Source: a virus (Duplodnaviria > Caudoviricetes). From it: a stretch of 36,475 bases of DNA. Both the position numbers and the translations under genes were made by a program. The DNA is taken from positions 1 through 36,475 of IMG/VR virus record IMGVR_UViG_3300033562_000709. One strand, written 5' to 3'. Below the pieces are notes generated by a model that had not been told where the DNA came from, did not search any database, and saw nothing but the letters and a program-made list of their open reading frames with translations. Shown in pieces: positions 20,327 through 28,253 of this stretch (position 1 is the first letter of the stretch; each line of letters begins with the position of its first letter).

Positions 20327-21232
20327 TTATTGAATGGATTTCATAATATCCATAAATTTTTTAGTAGAAAATTGTCCCTTCATTCTATTATATATAAACC
20401 AAATAAATTGTATATTTTCTTTTACATATCCTTTAGTTGAATCAATTCTATCTATAGATAAAGAATAGTCGCCATCTCCCATGATAAACTCTTTGTGAGA
20501 GTAAGCACATCTCTGATTTTGTTTTAAATATTGTGAGACTAAATCATCTACGGTTAGATCAAACTCAAGATTTCTACTTTTAGCTGACTTTTTAATATGA
20601 TGTATTTTTAATTTAAAGAACTTTGAAATATTTATTATTTTATTATCTTTTATTCCTTTAAAACATTCTTTACAATATGATTTATTGTATTCTGAAAAAT
20701 AAGTACTTTCTGTTTGACCACACATCTTACATAAACATTCAGTAGTATTATGATATATATATTTTAAGAATCCTGTTTCATCTCTAACCGTATTAGGAAT
20801 TTCTCTCATTATATAGTAAGGAGTAAATAATTTTTGAGTAATTTCACCATAAGTTTCTACTTCCTCTTTCAATTTTTTATACATATTATATGAGGTACAT
20901 CCTATAAGTTTCATTCTATGACTATCTCTTTTCATACTATTAAATTCCTCGTAGTTTAGATATATCAAACATAGATATTCTTTAATAACTTTATTAATAG
21001 GGAGAGATAAAAAGAAAGGAGGATCTAGATCTATATCCTTAATTATTTTATATCTATTAACGTATCCATTAAGTTTAGATATAGTTATTATTTGTTCTTC
21101 TTCTAATTTATTCAATAATTGGATCGTAGTATCTCGGTTACTTGAGAGTAATTTTAAAATCTCAGAATTTGTTTTATCTTCTGAAGTAATACACTTTAAT
21201 GCAAGAAGTGTTAACAAGTTTTGTCTATTCAT
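20327..21232 (-). CDS. wHTH + Zn-ribbon + HNH-like endonuclease
   Basis: Likely start MNRQ at 21232; N-terminal HTH-like segment; CKMC..CKEC; AKSRNLEFDLT..CAYS..SIDRIDSTKGYVKENI..NRMK. Confidence 0.75.
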   Translation of the reverse strand: MNRQNLLTLLALKCITSEDKTNSEILKLLSSNRDTTIQLLNKLEEEQIITISKLNGYVNRYKIIKDIDLDPPFFLSLPINKVIKEYLCLIYLNYEEFNSMKRDSHRMKLIGCTSYNMYKKLKEEVETYGEITQKLFTPYYIMREIPNTVRDETGFLKYIYHNTTECLCKMCGQTESTYFSEYNKSYCKECFKGIKDNKIINISKFFKLKIHHIKKSAKSRNLEFDLTVDDLVSQYLKQNQRCAYSHKEFIMGDGDYSLSIDRIDSTKGYVKENIQFIWFIYNRMKGQFSTKKFMDIMKSIQ

Positions 21233-21253
21233 AATTTGTTTATTAGTGAAATA

Positions 21254-21261
21254 CAAAGATA
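21254..21261 (-). promoter_or_regulatory. Bacteroidota -7 element (TATCTTTG) at the strand-switch region
   Basis: TAnnTTTG match ~22 nt upstream of ATG 21232. Confidence 0.6.
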
Positions 21262-21421
21262 GTATTATTTCTGATAGGGGTATAATAAAACTGGATTTAT
21301 TTTAAAAAATTTTTATAAAATTTTAATATACTGAAATTATGAATGTTATATTCGCGAATTGCCTCTTAGTTCTCATACCCCCCTCTGTGACTGACGTAAA
21401 AACAAATTAAAATTAGAAATT

Positions 21422-21913
21422 ATGGCACTTTTATCACAACACAAAATTGCTCAATTATTTGGAGAACCTATTAAGATTGAAGCTGTTTCAGGAACGGTTG
21501 ACGGTTCAAGTCATGTTGACTTGATTCCCGGAGAATCATTTGTCCTAAGTAACATTCCTTACGGGACATCGCAGAACGGTGTAGAAGGAAACTTCATTTG
21601 CATGGAAGGTCAAAGGTTGATTAACGGCCAAATGCGTATAGTACAAACTATAGGTTGGATGACTCCACAAGGTCGTTTGCTCAATCTTGGAAGCTTGTAC
21701 AAAAGGAATCACCTGGGCGCTATGAATCCCGCTAATGTTGGAATTCCAACAAGCAGTGCGAATCGCGCAGAATTGCTTCCACTATTATTCGGCGGTACCG
21801 TTACCGTTGGTAACAAAGAAGAAATCGAAGTAAACCGATTCCAACCTAAACCGGACGAAACTCCGACTGTAAAAGGTAGCTGGTCCGGATTCACTTTCGT
21901 ACCGAAAGTGTAA
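21422..21913 (+). CDS. Hypothetical protein, first gene of the plus-strand arm
   Basis: 163-aa ORF with A-rich leader, followed by a strong hairpin. Confidence 0.8.
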   Translation: MALLSQHKIAQLFGEPIKIEAVSGTVDGSSHVDLIPGESFVLSNIPYGTSQNGVEGNFICMEGQRLINGQMRIVQTIGWMTPQGRLLNLGSLYKRNHLGAMNPANVGIPTSSANRAELLPLLFGGTVTVGNKEEIEVNRFQPKPDETPTVKGSWSGFTFVPKV

Positions 21914-21935
21914 GACAGAAAAAACAAAAGACAAG

Positions 21936-21968
21936 AAATTACTAACTCCTTAGGGAGTTAGTAATTTT
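21936..21968 (+). terminator. Intrinsic terminator
   Basis: AAATTACTAACTCC-TTAG-GGAGTTAGTAATTT then T. Confidence 0.8.
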
Positions 21969-22135
21969 ACGTATTGACGTAACCCCTCTATTTTGAGTGC
22001 ATACGCAAGGTAGGTCTAGCAATAGGTTTAGGTCCTAGAGATGCTTAAACTCAAAAGACATTGAGTTTCCGAAAGCCTTAGGGTTAGTAGGAAACTTTGC
22101 GTAAATAAAGTGTAAATTATACACTTAAAAGTGTA

Positions 22136-22345
22136 TTAACAATCTTTACAACCAAGTTCTATGATAGCTTTTAATGCGTTATTCAGATCTACTGTTGATC
22201 CTTCAAATGCATATCTAGGATTTAACTGATATAACCCAGAGGAATATTTATATAGTAATCCTTTATCTAATAAACTAGGTAAAGTATTAAGTACAGTACG
22301 TTCATTCAAACCTGTACATTCTCCAATATCTATCATACAACTCAT
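22136..22345 (-). pseudogene. Fragment of a RepL-like wHTH protein
   Basis: IGECTGLNERTVLNTLPSLLDKGLL....GLYQLNPRYAFEG; short, opposite to local gene orientation. Confidence 0.5.
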
Positions 22346-22366
22346 TAACCATTAAATCAAATCCCT

Positions 22367-22642
22367 ATGTCGCACGATTCAGACAAAGTTAGAAGGGATG
22401 GAAGGACGACTGGTGTCGTATCACTAACTCGTACCATTAAGAGCTCCATCCTTCGTGCGGAAAATGGTTGGATTTATCTGGATAATTTCCCCGAACCTAT
22501 CTGGTACTCAGAGTATACAGGGCTTCCTAAGAACAAGCCAATGTGGTTTGTATTAGCTTATGGAACAAGGTGGAGATTAGTTGATTATTTAGAAGAAGAA
22601 GAAGATAAAACACTGGGAGTGAAGAGAGAAAGTTGGGGGTAA
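22367..22642 (+). CDS. Hypothetical protein
   Basis: 91-aa ORF in the plus-strand arm. Confidence 0.55.
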   Translation: MSHDSDKVRRDGRTTGVVSLTRTIKSSILRAENGWIYLDNFPEPIWYSEYTGLPKNKPMWFVLAYGTRWRLVDYLEEEEDKTLGVKRESWG

Positions 22643-22886
22643 GAGGCTGATTACTAGTTCCTCTTCGCTCCTTTTTCCCCTTTTCTCCGCTCCTATCTCA
22701 ACTTCTCTTATTATTAAAGAGAGTGCACCCAATTATACTAAATCTTTCATTAACAATACATTGACACAATAAAAGTAGTAACCAACGGCAAACAACTCGT
22801 GTAGTAATTGCCCTATGGAAAAGTGGAGACAACCACATTTAAAACTATTGTGTCAATCTTCTCGCTCTTAAATCAAACTCAAACAT

Positions 22887-22982
22887 ATGAAACGTTTTTT
22901 AAAGTACTCATCAATCATTTTTCTAGGAACATTACTCTCATTAGCTCTAATTCTTTTAGCTGATATTTTACTCCCAATTTAG
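22887..22982 (+). CDS. 31-aa single-TM microprotein
   Basis: MKRFLKYSSIIFLGTLLSLALILLADILLPI, preceded by the AAACTCAAA motif. Confidence 0.6.
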   Translation: MKRFLKYSSIIFLGTLLSLALILLADILLPI

Positions 22983-23010
22983 GACATATTTCAAACTCAA
23001 ATAAAAAGAA

Positions 23011-23196
23011 ATGAACAATCGTGCTAAACTTTTAAAAGCAATTTCTGATCTTAATAAGATCATTTATGCTGAGGACACAACTAACAAGTGGGCTAATCAA
23101 ATTAAAGTATCTCGTGACCTCATTGATGAGGTAGCCGAGAGTCTTGAAACATTAGAGATTTTAGAAGAATTAACTGTGGAGGATAGTCATGAATAA
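23011..23196 (+). CDS. Hypothetical protein
   Basis: 61-aa ORF preceded by the AAACTCAAA motif. Confidence 0.7.
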   Translation: MNNRAKLLKAISDLNKIIYAEDTTNKWANQIKVSRDLIDEVAESLETLEILEELTVEDSHE

Positions 23197-23356
23197 AATA
23201 CATACTATCAACAGTAAATTCGATGATCTTTATGCATCAAAACCAGAGAAGATGGGTAATAAGAAGAATAATAAAAACTCTTCTCCGAAACTCAAGAAAC
23301 CATCAGGACGATTTATCACCAGAGAATCTTACAAATTCCATGGTGAAGAAGATTAA
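23189..23356 (+). CDS. 55-aa basic hypothetical protein
   Basis: MNKIHTINSKFDDLYASKPEK...FHGEED; overlaps the previous stop; more plausible than the 23223 start in the track. Confidence 0.5.
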   Translation: MNKIHTINSKFDDLYASKPEKMGNKKNNKNSSPKLKKPSGRFITRESYKFHGEED

Positions 23357-23470
23357 ACAATTCGCTAAGACCTCTCATCGAATCAGCGGAGGAGATGATG
23401 TCTTAGCTTATCGTAAAACGAAAGTATTAAAAATATCGCGGAATAAAATCTGTGGTTTGCTCATGAAATA

Positions 23471-23505
23471 AGAGGAGGTAGAAGAGTCTACTTCCTCTAT
23501 TTTTT
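23471..23505 (+). terminator. Intrinsic terminator
   Basis: AGAGGAGGTAGA-AGAG-TCTACTTCCTCT-ATTTTTT. Confidence 0.8.
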
Positions 23506-23524
23506 AATCCCTAAACTCAAATTT

Positions 23525-23740
23525 ATGAAAACAATTGGAATCATTCTATCGCTTTTAATAATCTTTTTAGTGGGTATTATGCCTGTAATATGTATTAACT
23601 CATTACCAGATCCTGAAAACGTTTTTATAGCATGGTATTTAGCAACATTTCTTGCCTTAAATCTATTTGCTTCTATCTTTTATGCTGCTGACTTTAATAA
23701 TTGGTTTAGATCTAATTTAAAGGATGAGCAAGCTAAGTAA
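23525..23740 (+). CDS. Two-TM small membrane protein
   Basis: 71 aa, two hydrophobic segments, AAACTCAAA upstream. Confidence 0.7.
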   Translation: MKTIGIILSLLIIFLVGIMPVICINSLPDPENVFIAWYLATFLALNLFASIFYAADFNNWFRSNLKDEQAK

Positions 23741-24200
23741 ATTTCTCTTATCACATGGAACTTTAACTAAAGTTAATCCATCAGGCTCAAGTTATTACTC
23801 GATAAAAGATCAGAAAATAAGAGTAAGTGATCATCTAACAGGTCTTAATCCAGATAGTGCTATAAATATTTTACTTCCACAGGGAACTAAAACTCAATAT
23901 ATAGTAGTATTACTTGGTCAACTGTATATCTACAATTCATTCACTGAATTAAGAGTATTTCTTGAAAACTACATTATTCTATGCAAAGCTTTTTCTCAAA
24001 AGAAAAACATGTTAGAGAATAAAAAGATTAAAGAACAACACGATACTATTGTACAATTGAATAATAAAATAAATAAACTATCACAAGCGGATTCAAAGAA
24101 AGAAATTTCTTTTAAAGACGCTTCTCTTAATAGTTTAACTCCTGCTCAAAAGATCGTTGTAGTAAATTTTATTCAAACAAACAAACAAAACAAGAAATGA
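23724..24200 (+). CDS. Hypothetical protein with S.YY...IRVSDH motif
   Basis: SGSSYYSIKDQKIRVSDH resembles the signature of some small polyvalent-protein-associated domains. Confidence 0.65.
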   Translation: MSKLSKFLLSHGTLTKVNPSGSSYYSIKDQKIRVSDHLTGLNPDSAINILLPQGTKTQYIVVLLGQLYIYNSFTELRVFLENYIILCKAFSQKKNMLENKKIKEQHDTIVQLNNKINKLSQADSKKEISFKDASLNSLTPAQKIVVVNFIQTNKQNKK

Positions 24201-24418
24201 AAGCTACTTTAAAAAATAATTCAAGTCCTACTTTTCCTAAGTTAATGACCTCAACCATCGGAGATATTGTAATATTAGCAGTAAGTATAAATAAAGAAGG
24301 TTTTTATAATGGATTTTTATTATACGATACTACCAAGACTCCTATAGGATATCATTCTACTGCTTGGTCAAAAGATTTTGTGGATTACAAAGGAGAACTA
24401 ACCTTATCAAGCGATTAA
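24197..24418 (+). CDS. Hypothetical protein
   Basis: 73-aa ORF, ATGA overlap with the previous gene. Confidence 0.7.
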   Translation: MKATLKNNSSPTFPKLMTSTIGDIVILAVSINKEGFYNGFLLYDTTKTPIGYHSTAWSKDFVDYKGELTLSSD

Positions 24419-24420
24419 TT

Positions 24421-24621
24421 ATGGAATATTCTATTCCAATTCCTATTCTTCCTGTTAATAAAGATTTATTTCCATGTCAACATCTTATAAGTCTTGAATC
24501 TTTCAATTCATCCATAAAAGAAATAACCTTTAATTACTGTAAAGCAGTTAATGGAGCTATCGATGAATCTCAGTCTTTCACATCTACTTGTTCTTTAAAT
24601 AAGTGGATGAATATTGAATAG
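24421..24621 (+). CDS. Hypothetical protein
   Basis: Likely start MEYSIP right after the previous stop. Confidence 0.5.
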   Translation: MEYSIPIPILPVNKDLFPCQHLISLESFNSSIKEITFNYCKAVNGAIDESQSFTSTCSLNKWMNIE

Positions 24622-24647
24622 TATTTATAATCTAAACTCATAAATTT

Positions 24648-24890
24648 ATGACTCTTTTATTCTTTATACTACTTTATTTAGTAGGATGTCTCCTAAGTTA
24701 CTGGAGAATTTTAGCAGCTTTTGGAAAAGATGCAAAGCAAACTACTGTTAAAGGATTTCTTAAATATGAGTGGCATTTCCCCTTAATTGTTACTTTATTC
24801 TCTTGGATAGGATTTGTATCGGGAACAGCTGCTTTTTTTAAGTACAACAGTCCTTATTTCTTTAAGTTTCACGTTAAAGATTACCGTTAA
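24648..24890 (+). CDS. Two-TM membrane protein (paralog 1)
   Basis: YLVGCLLSY...SWIGF. Confidence 0.75.
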   Translation: MTLLFFILLYLVGCLLSYWRILAAFGKDAKQTTVKGFLKYEWHFPLIVTLFSWIGFVSGTAAFFKYNSPYFFKFHVKDYR

Positions 24891-25123
24891 TGTACTGGAT
24901 TATCTTTTACCTTATAGGCTGTCTTCTAAGTTACTTTAAAGCAGTCGGTTGTTTAGCAACCGAAATTAAAGCACCCACAGTACTTAAATTTTTATTAGCT
25001 CATAAATGTACTGCTCTCTTCATCGTACTTGGTTCTTGGATCGGCTTTACTGTTGGTGCAACTACTTATTACGCTTATCAAGACAAAAAGTTCTTTAAAT
25101 GGTCTCCTAAAGATCATTCATAA
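24890..25123 (+). CDS. Two-TM membrane protein (paralog 2)
   Basis: YLIGCLLSY...SWIGF; TAATG coupling. Confidence 0.75.
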   Translation: MYWIIFYLIGCLLSYFKAVGCLATEIKAPTVLKFLLAHKCTALFIVLGSWIGFTVGATTYYAYQDKKFFKWSPKDHS

Positions 25124-25127
25124 TATT

Positions 25128-25250
25128 AACTGGTTCAGGGATTTACCGGTTTTACTCTCCCGTGATCATTGTATGAGTTCGTTAAACAAGGGTGCTTTCG
25201 AGCTGAACTTGACATACGTGGGAGAGCCATTAAGGTTCCAAACCTTGACA
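25128..25250 (+). ncRNA. Candidate structured RNA
   Basis: AACTGGT/ACCGGTT hairpin; nested CTCTCCC/GGGAGAG, GTATG/CATAC, AGTTC/GAACT stems; AAGGTT/AACCTT. Confidence 0.4.
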
Positions 25251-25498
25251 AACTTGTGGGGCTACTATCTATTTTTATTGTAATCGTTGTTCCTTCATAC
25301 GGGCACTTAACAATAAATGGAAAAAGATATTTTTGTGGTATGAACACATTAAAATCTTTAATAGAAGTTAGTGCAGACTTTTCAAAAAATCAAGTTATTT
25401 AGAAGTGAGGAGATTAACTCATTAAGTTAGAAAACTTATAATCCAGCTTAGCTAACTGTGCTCTCTACTCTTTAAAATAAATAAGAGAGAATAACGTA

Positions 25499-25650
25499 AA
25501 GGAAATGTCTTGAGCGGACTCATACGTGGCGAAGTATGTAATAATTTCCTTATTACTGGGCAGGTTTCGATCGTCCCGGTTATCGATTCGCGAAAACGCG
25601 TCTAATGTCGGTGTATGTATAACTAAAAGGGAGCTGCCCACTCCCGAAAG
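25499..25650 (+). ncRNA. Candidate pseudoknotted RNA
   Basis: AAGGAAAT/ATTTCCTT stem; TGGGCAG (25557) complementary to loop CTGCCCA of GGGAG/CTCCC hairpin; internal TCGAT/ATCGA and CGCG/CGCG hairpins. Confidence 0.5.
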
Positions 25651-25673
25651 TCTTCAAACTCAAAACTCAAATT

Positions 25674-26015
25674 ATGAAAAAACTTAAACTTTACCAAGAA
25701 GCTCTAAAAATATTAGAAGCTTGTGATCCGAAAAAATATATGGGTTTCTGTCATGCTTTTACTACAGTATTATTGAAAGAAGTAGATACTTATGAAAAGG
25801 TTCTCTCAAATCACAGAGAATTATTTGATAATGTATGGAATCAAGTAAATGATATCATTTACGGTCGAAATCCTGATTTTCCTGAATTAGTACTTTACAA
25901 ACCTGAAAACACCCAGGGATCTAGCTATTGGTTTGATCCTAAAGATAAAGAAACTCGAATTAATATCTTGAAAGAGATAATTGAGAAATTAAAATCTGAG
26001 GGAGAAACAGAGTAA
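25674..26015 (+). CDS. Hypothetical protein
   Basis: 113 aa; GFC...YWF...RINIL pattern; doubled AAACTCAAA upstream. Confidence 0.75.
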   Translation: MKKLKLYQEALKILEACDPKKYMGFCHAFTTVLLKEVDTYEKVLSNHRELFDNVWNQVNDIIYGRNPDFPELVLYKPENTQGSSYWFDPKDKETRINILKEIIEKLKSEGETE

Positions 26016-26239
26016 TGAAATATCATCTTATAGTTTATGTGTTTAACAAGGTTGATAACACATATGTAAATGATTATATTGATTCTGCCGATAATGACTT
26101 GGAATTATCTGGAAAACTTGCAGCCTATTCCATTCCCCTGGATTTTCAATATCCTTCCTTATTTAGTGTTACTAAAGTAATAGGTAAAGTTCCTCTTGAG
26201 GAACGTCGTGTTGAAATTCATTTTATTAGATTAAAATAA
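26015..26239 (+). CDS. Hypothetical protein
   Basis: 74 aa, TAATG-coupled at both ends. Confidence 0.7.
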   Translation: MKYHLIVYVFNKVDNTYVNDYIDSADNDLELSGKLAAYSIPLDFQYPSLFSVTKVIGKVPLEERRVEIHFIRLK

Positions 26240-26496
26240 TGAATAAGCAAGAGGCATATCAAGCGTTGCATGATGGATATACTATTCGTAATGAGTATTA
26301 TAGTTCAGATGAATGGTTGAAGATGGTTGAGGGGAATGAAACAAGACTCAAAGATTCTAAAGTTGATGAATCCCCTAAAACAAATTCAATACCTCCTGAA
26401 GGAAAACCTGTTAAAGAAGTTCTTAACAATTCTATTCCTTTTATCCCAAATTTAAATCCTACTGGATTCGTATTAACGATAAATATAACAAGCTAG
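26239..26496 (+). CDS. Hypothetical protein, N-terminus weakly Tad2/DUF2829-like
   Basis: MNKQEAYQALHDGYTIRNEYY..DEWL. Confidence 0.5.
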   Translation: MNKQEAYQALHDGYTIRNEYYSSDEWLKMVEGNETRLKDSKVDESPKTNSIPPEGKPVKEVLNNSIPFIPNLNPTGFVLTINITS

Positions 26497-26587
26497 ATAA
26501 TCAGGTACGTTGCCTACTGAATGATAGTCTGAAAAGCGTGATCCTATAGATCAAAGACCTAGTTTTTACTTTTAAGTTAATTTAAAC

Positions 26588-26818
26588 ATGGAAAATTCTA
26601 ACAAAATATCAAATCCTCTACAAAGAAAATGTATCTATAGAGTAACTACCTCTTGCCATAAGAATATTAAAGGCGTTTGGAGTTACAAAGCTAAGATCTT
26701 TTTCAGAAAAGAGCAAACTCAAGCTGTACAAGAGTTAACTTCTACTAGTTTTAAGAAGTTAATTACTGAGGTACAGGTCAGAATGAGTGAAATAGTAAAA
26801 CAACAAGCTGAGAAGTAG
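26588..26818 (+). CDS. Hypothetical protein
   Basis: 76-aa ORF. Confidence 0.6.
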   Translation: MENSNKISNPLQRKCIYRVTTSCHKNIKGVWSYKAKIFFRKEQTQAVQELTSTSFKKLITEVQVRMSEIVKQQAEK

Positions 26819-27129
26819 TACGAAAGTATGGGATTATCCCGACTACTATAGCTTGTCTTCACGGGCTAAGAGAGTAATAGCATGGATAATAACTCTCATC
26901 GTTTGGCTTATCTATGTGCGTAATGGCAGTTTTCGCACGATTAAACTGTTGGTATAGGGATGAAGTGCCTATGTCAAGTTACCTGAAACACTTGAGAAAT
27001 TTTTAAATATTCTCAAATTATGAGATGTATTTAAAATTTAAAACAAGAATATTAAATTTCTAAGATATTAAAATCATATTTGAGTTTGAAAAGGGGGTTA
27101 CGGGTAAAACTGTAGCTCCTTTATTTTTT
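26814..27129 (+). ncRNA. Candidate large structured RNA / sRNA ending in anti-AAACTCAAA segment and terminator
   Basis: Series of hairpins, H-type pseudoknot at 26916-26951, CATATTTGAGTTTGAAA at 27075-27091, terminator 27091-27129. Confidence 0.55.
27091..27129 (+). terminator. Intrinsic terminator
   Basis: AAGGGGGTTACGG-GTAAAA-CTGTAGCTCCTTT then ATTTTTT; G-U pairs favour the plus strand. Confidence 0.75.
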
Positions 27130-27143
27130 ATTAGAATTTAAGT

Positions 27144-27628
27144 ATGAAAGAAATTTTATTATCGCAAAAAGGAAAAAATAAAACAAATTTGTAGCTCTTG
27201 TAGATGATGAGGATTATGAATTTTTAAATAGCTTTAAATGGAGTATAAGTAAGAGTGGAAATACTTATTACGTCATAAAGAGAATATTAGCAAATAACAA
27301 AAATACCACTCAAAGTATGCATAATCTAATTATGGGTACTAAACTTGTTGATCATAAAAATGGAAATGGCTTAGATAATCAAAAGAATAATCTAAGAAAT
27401 TGTACAAATCAACAAAATCATATGAATAGACGACCTAAAAAGAATTGTACTTCCAAATTTAAAGGAGTATGTAGATTTAAGAAAGACCTTAAATGGACAG
27501 CTGTTATTAAATTTAATAGAAAGCAAATTTATATAGGTATATTCGGGAATGAAGAAGATGCTGCTAAAGCATATGATAAAAAAGCAAAAGAATTGTTTGG
27601 GGAATTTGCTTATTTGAATTTTCCTTAG
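27144..27628 (+). pseudogene. HNH-AP2 homing endonuclease with N-terminal frameshift
   Basis: MKEILLSQKGKNK / KFVALVDDEDYE..MHNLIM..VDHKNGNGLDNQKNNLR..SKFKGV..AAKAYDKKAKELFGEFAYLNFP; one base missing near 27180. Confidence 0.8.
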
Positions 27629-27663
27629 TTTCCTTCGGGGGCTTTCCAAACTTTTAAGATATT

Positions 27664-27800
27664 CAGTCTTGCTGCAGACAGAGACTGTCTAGGCGTGGTA
27701 GTGGACCTCGTCCATAACCTATATGGTAAGTTGCCGTCGTGATTGGGCCTATAGTTAAAGTCCAGAAAGAGGAGTAAGAGTATTCACTCCCTCCTCTTTT
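27664..27800 (+). ncRNA. Candidate structured RNA followed by terminator-like hairpin
   Basis: CAGTCT/AGACTG; TAGGC/GCCTA enclosing TGGAC/GTCCA; AAAGAGGAG/CTCCTCTTT. Confidence 0.4.
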
Positions 27801-27826
27801 CAATTGAAACTCTAAAAACATAATAT

Positions 27827-28174
27827 ATGATGAATCCTTATGAAATGTGGCTTCAACCTGAAAATTTCACAGTTGTAGCATTTTATCCTTATACTTCAAT
27901 TGTTACTTGTCCTTTACTTGAACAAAGCCACAATTATAAGAGTTCATCTCATGAATTTTTAAAAGAATTTGGTGAGAAAATTAAACAAATGGTTCTTGAA
28001 AAAGGAGTTATTTGGGATAACAAAGTAGTTGTAGAGATTAAACCTTATACTAAAATTGAAGAAGCTGTAAATAGTAACCTATTTGTGGGTTTCAAAGACG
28101 GTTTAATTCGAATAGGACTAGGAGTATGGATGGTTGATAAAACTCATAGCTTTTATAAAGTTATACGATTTTAA
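27827..28174 (+). CDS. Hypothetical protein
   Basis: 115-aa ORF; variant AAACTCTAA upstream. Confidence 0.7.
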   Translation: MMNPYEMWLQPENFTVVAFYPYTSIVTCPLLEQSHNYKSSSHEFLKEFGEKIKQMVLEKGVIWDNKVVVEIKPYTKIEEAVNSNLFVGFKDGLIRIGLGVWMVDKTHSFYKVIRF

Positions 28175-28253
28175 AATACAAAGAAAGAAAAGGGAAATGA
28201 GCACCTATAATTTAGGCTATCTTAGTATCTTTTCTAACTTTAAAATTACAACA

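Noticed and set aside
21277-21381. GGGGTAT/ATACCCC inverted repeat as genome terminus or invertible switch
   Set aside because: Only 7 bp, no recombinase nearby; cannot be distinguished from chance.
25029-25402. ORFs 25029, 25135, 25169
   Set aside because: Mutually overlapping with atypical composition; better explained by RNA structure, though not excluded.
26493-26562. Hammerhead ribozyme (CTGAATGA ... GAAA)
   Set aside because: Core deviates from CUGANGA and I could not build the three flanking stems; only small hairpins are supported.
26814-27129. tmRNA or RNase P RNA
   Set aside because: No tRNA-like ends or tag ORF, and no RNase P conserved-region motifs found.
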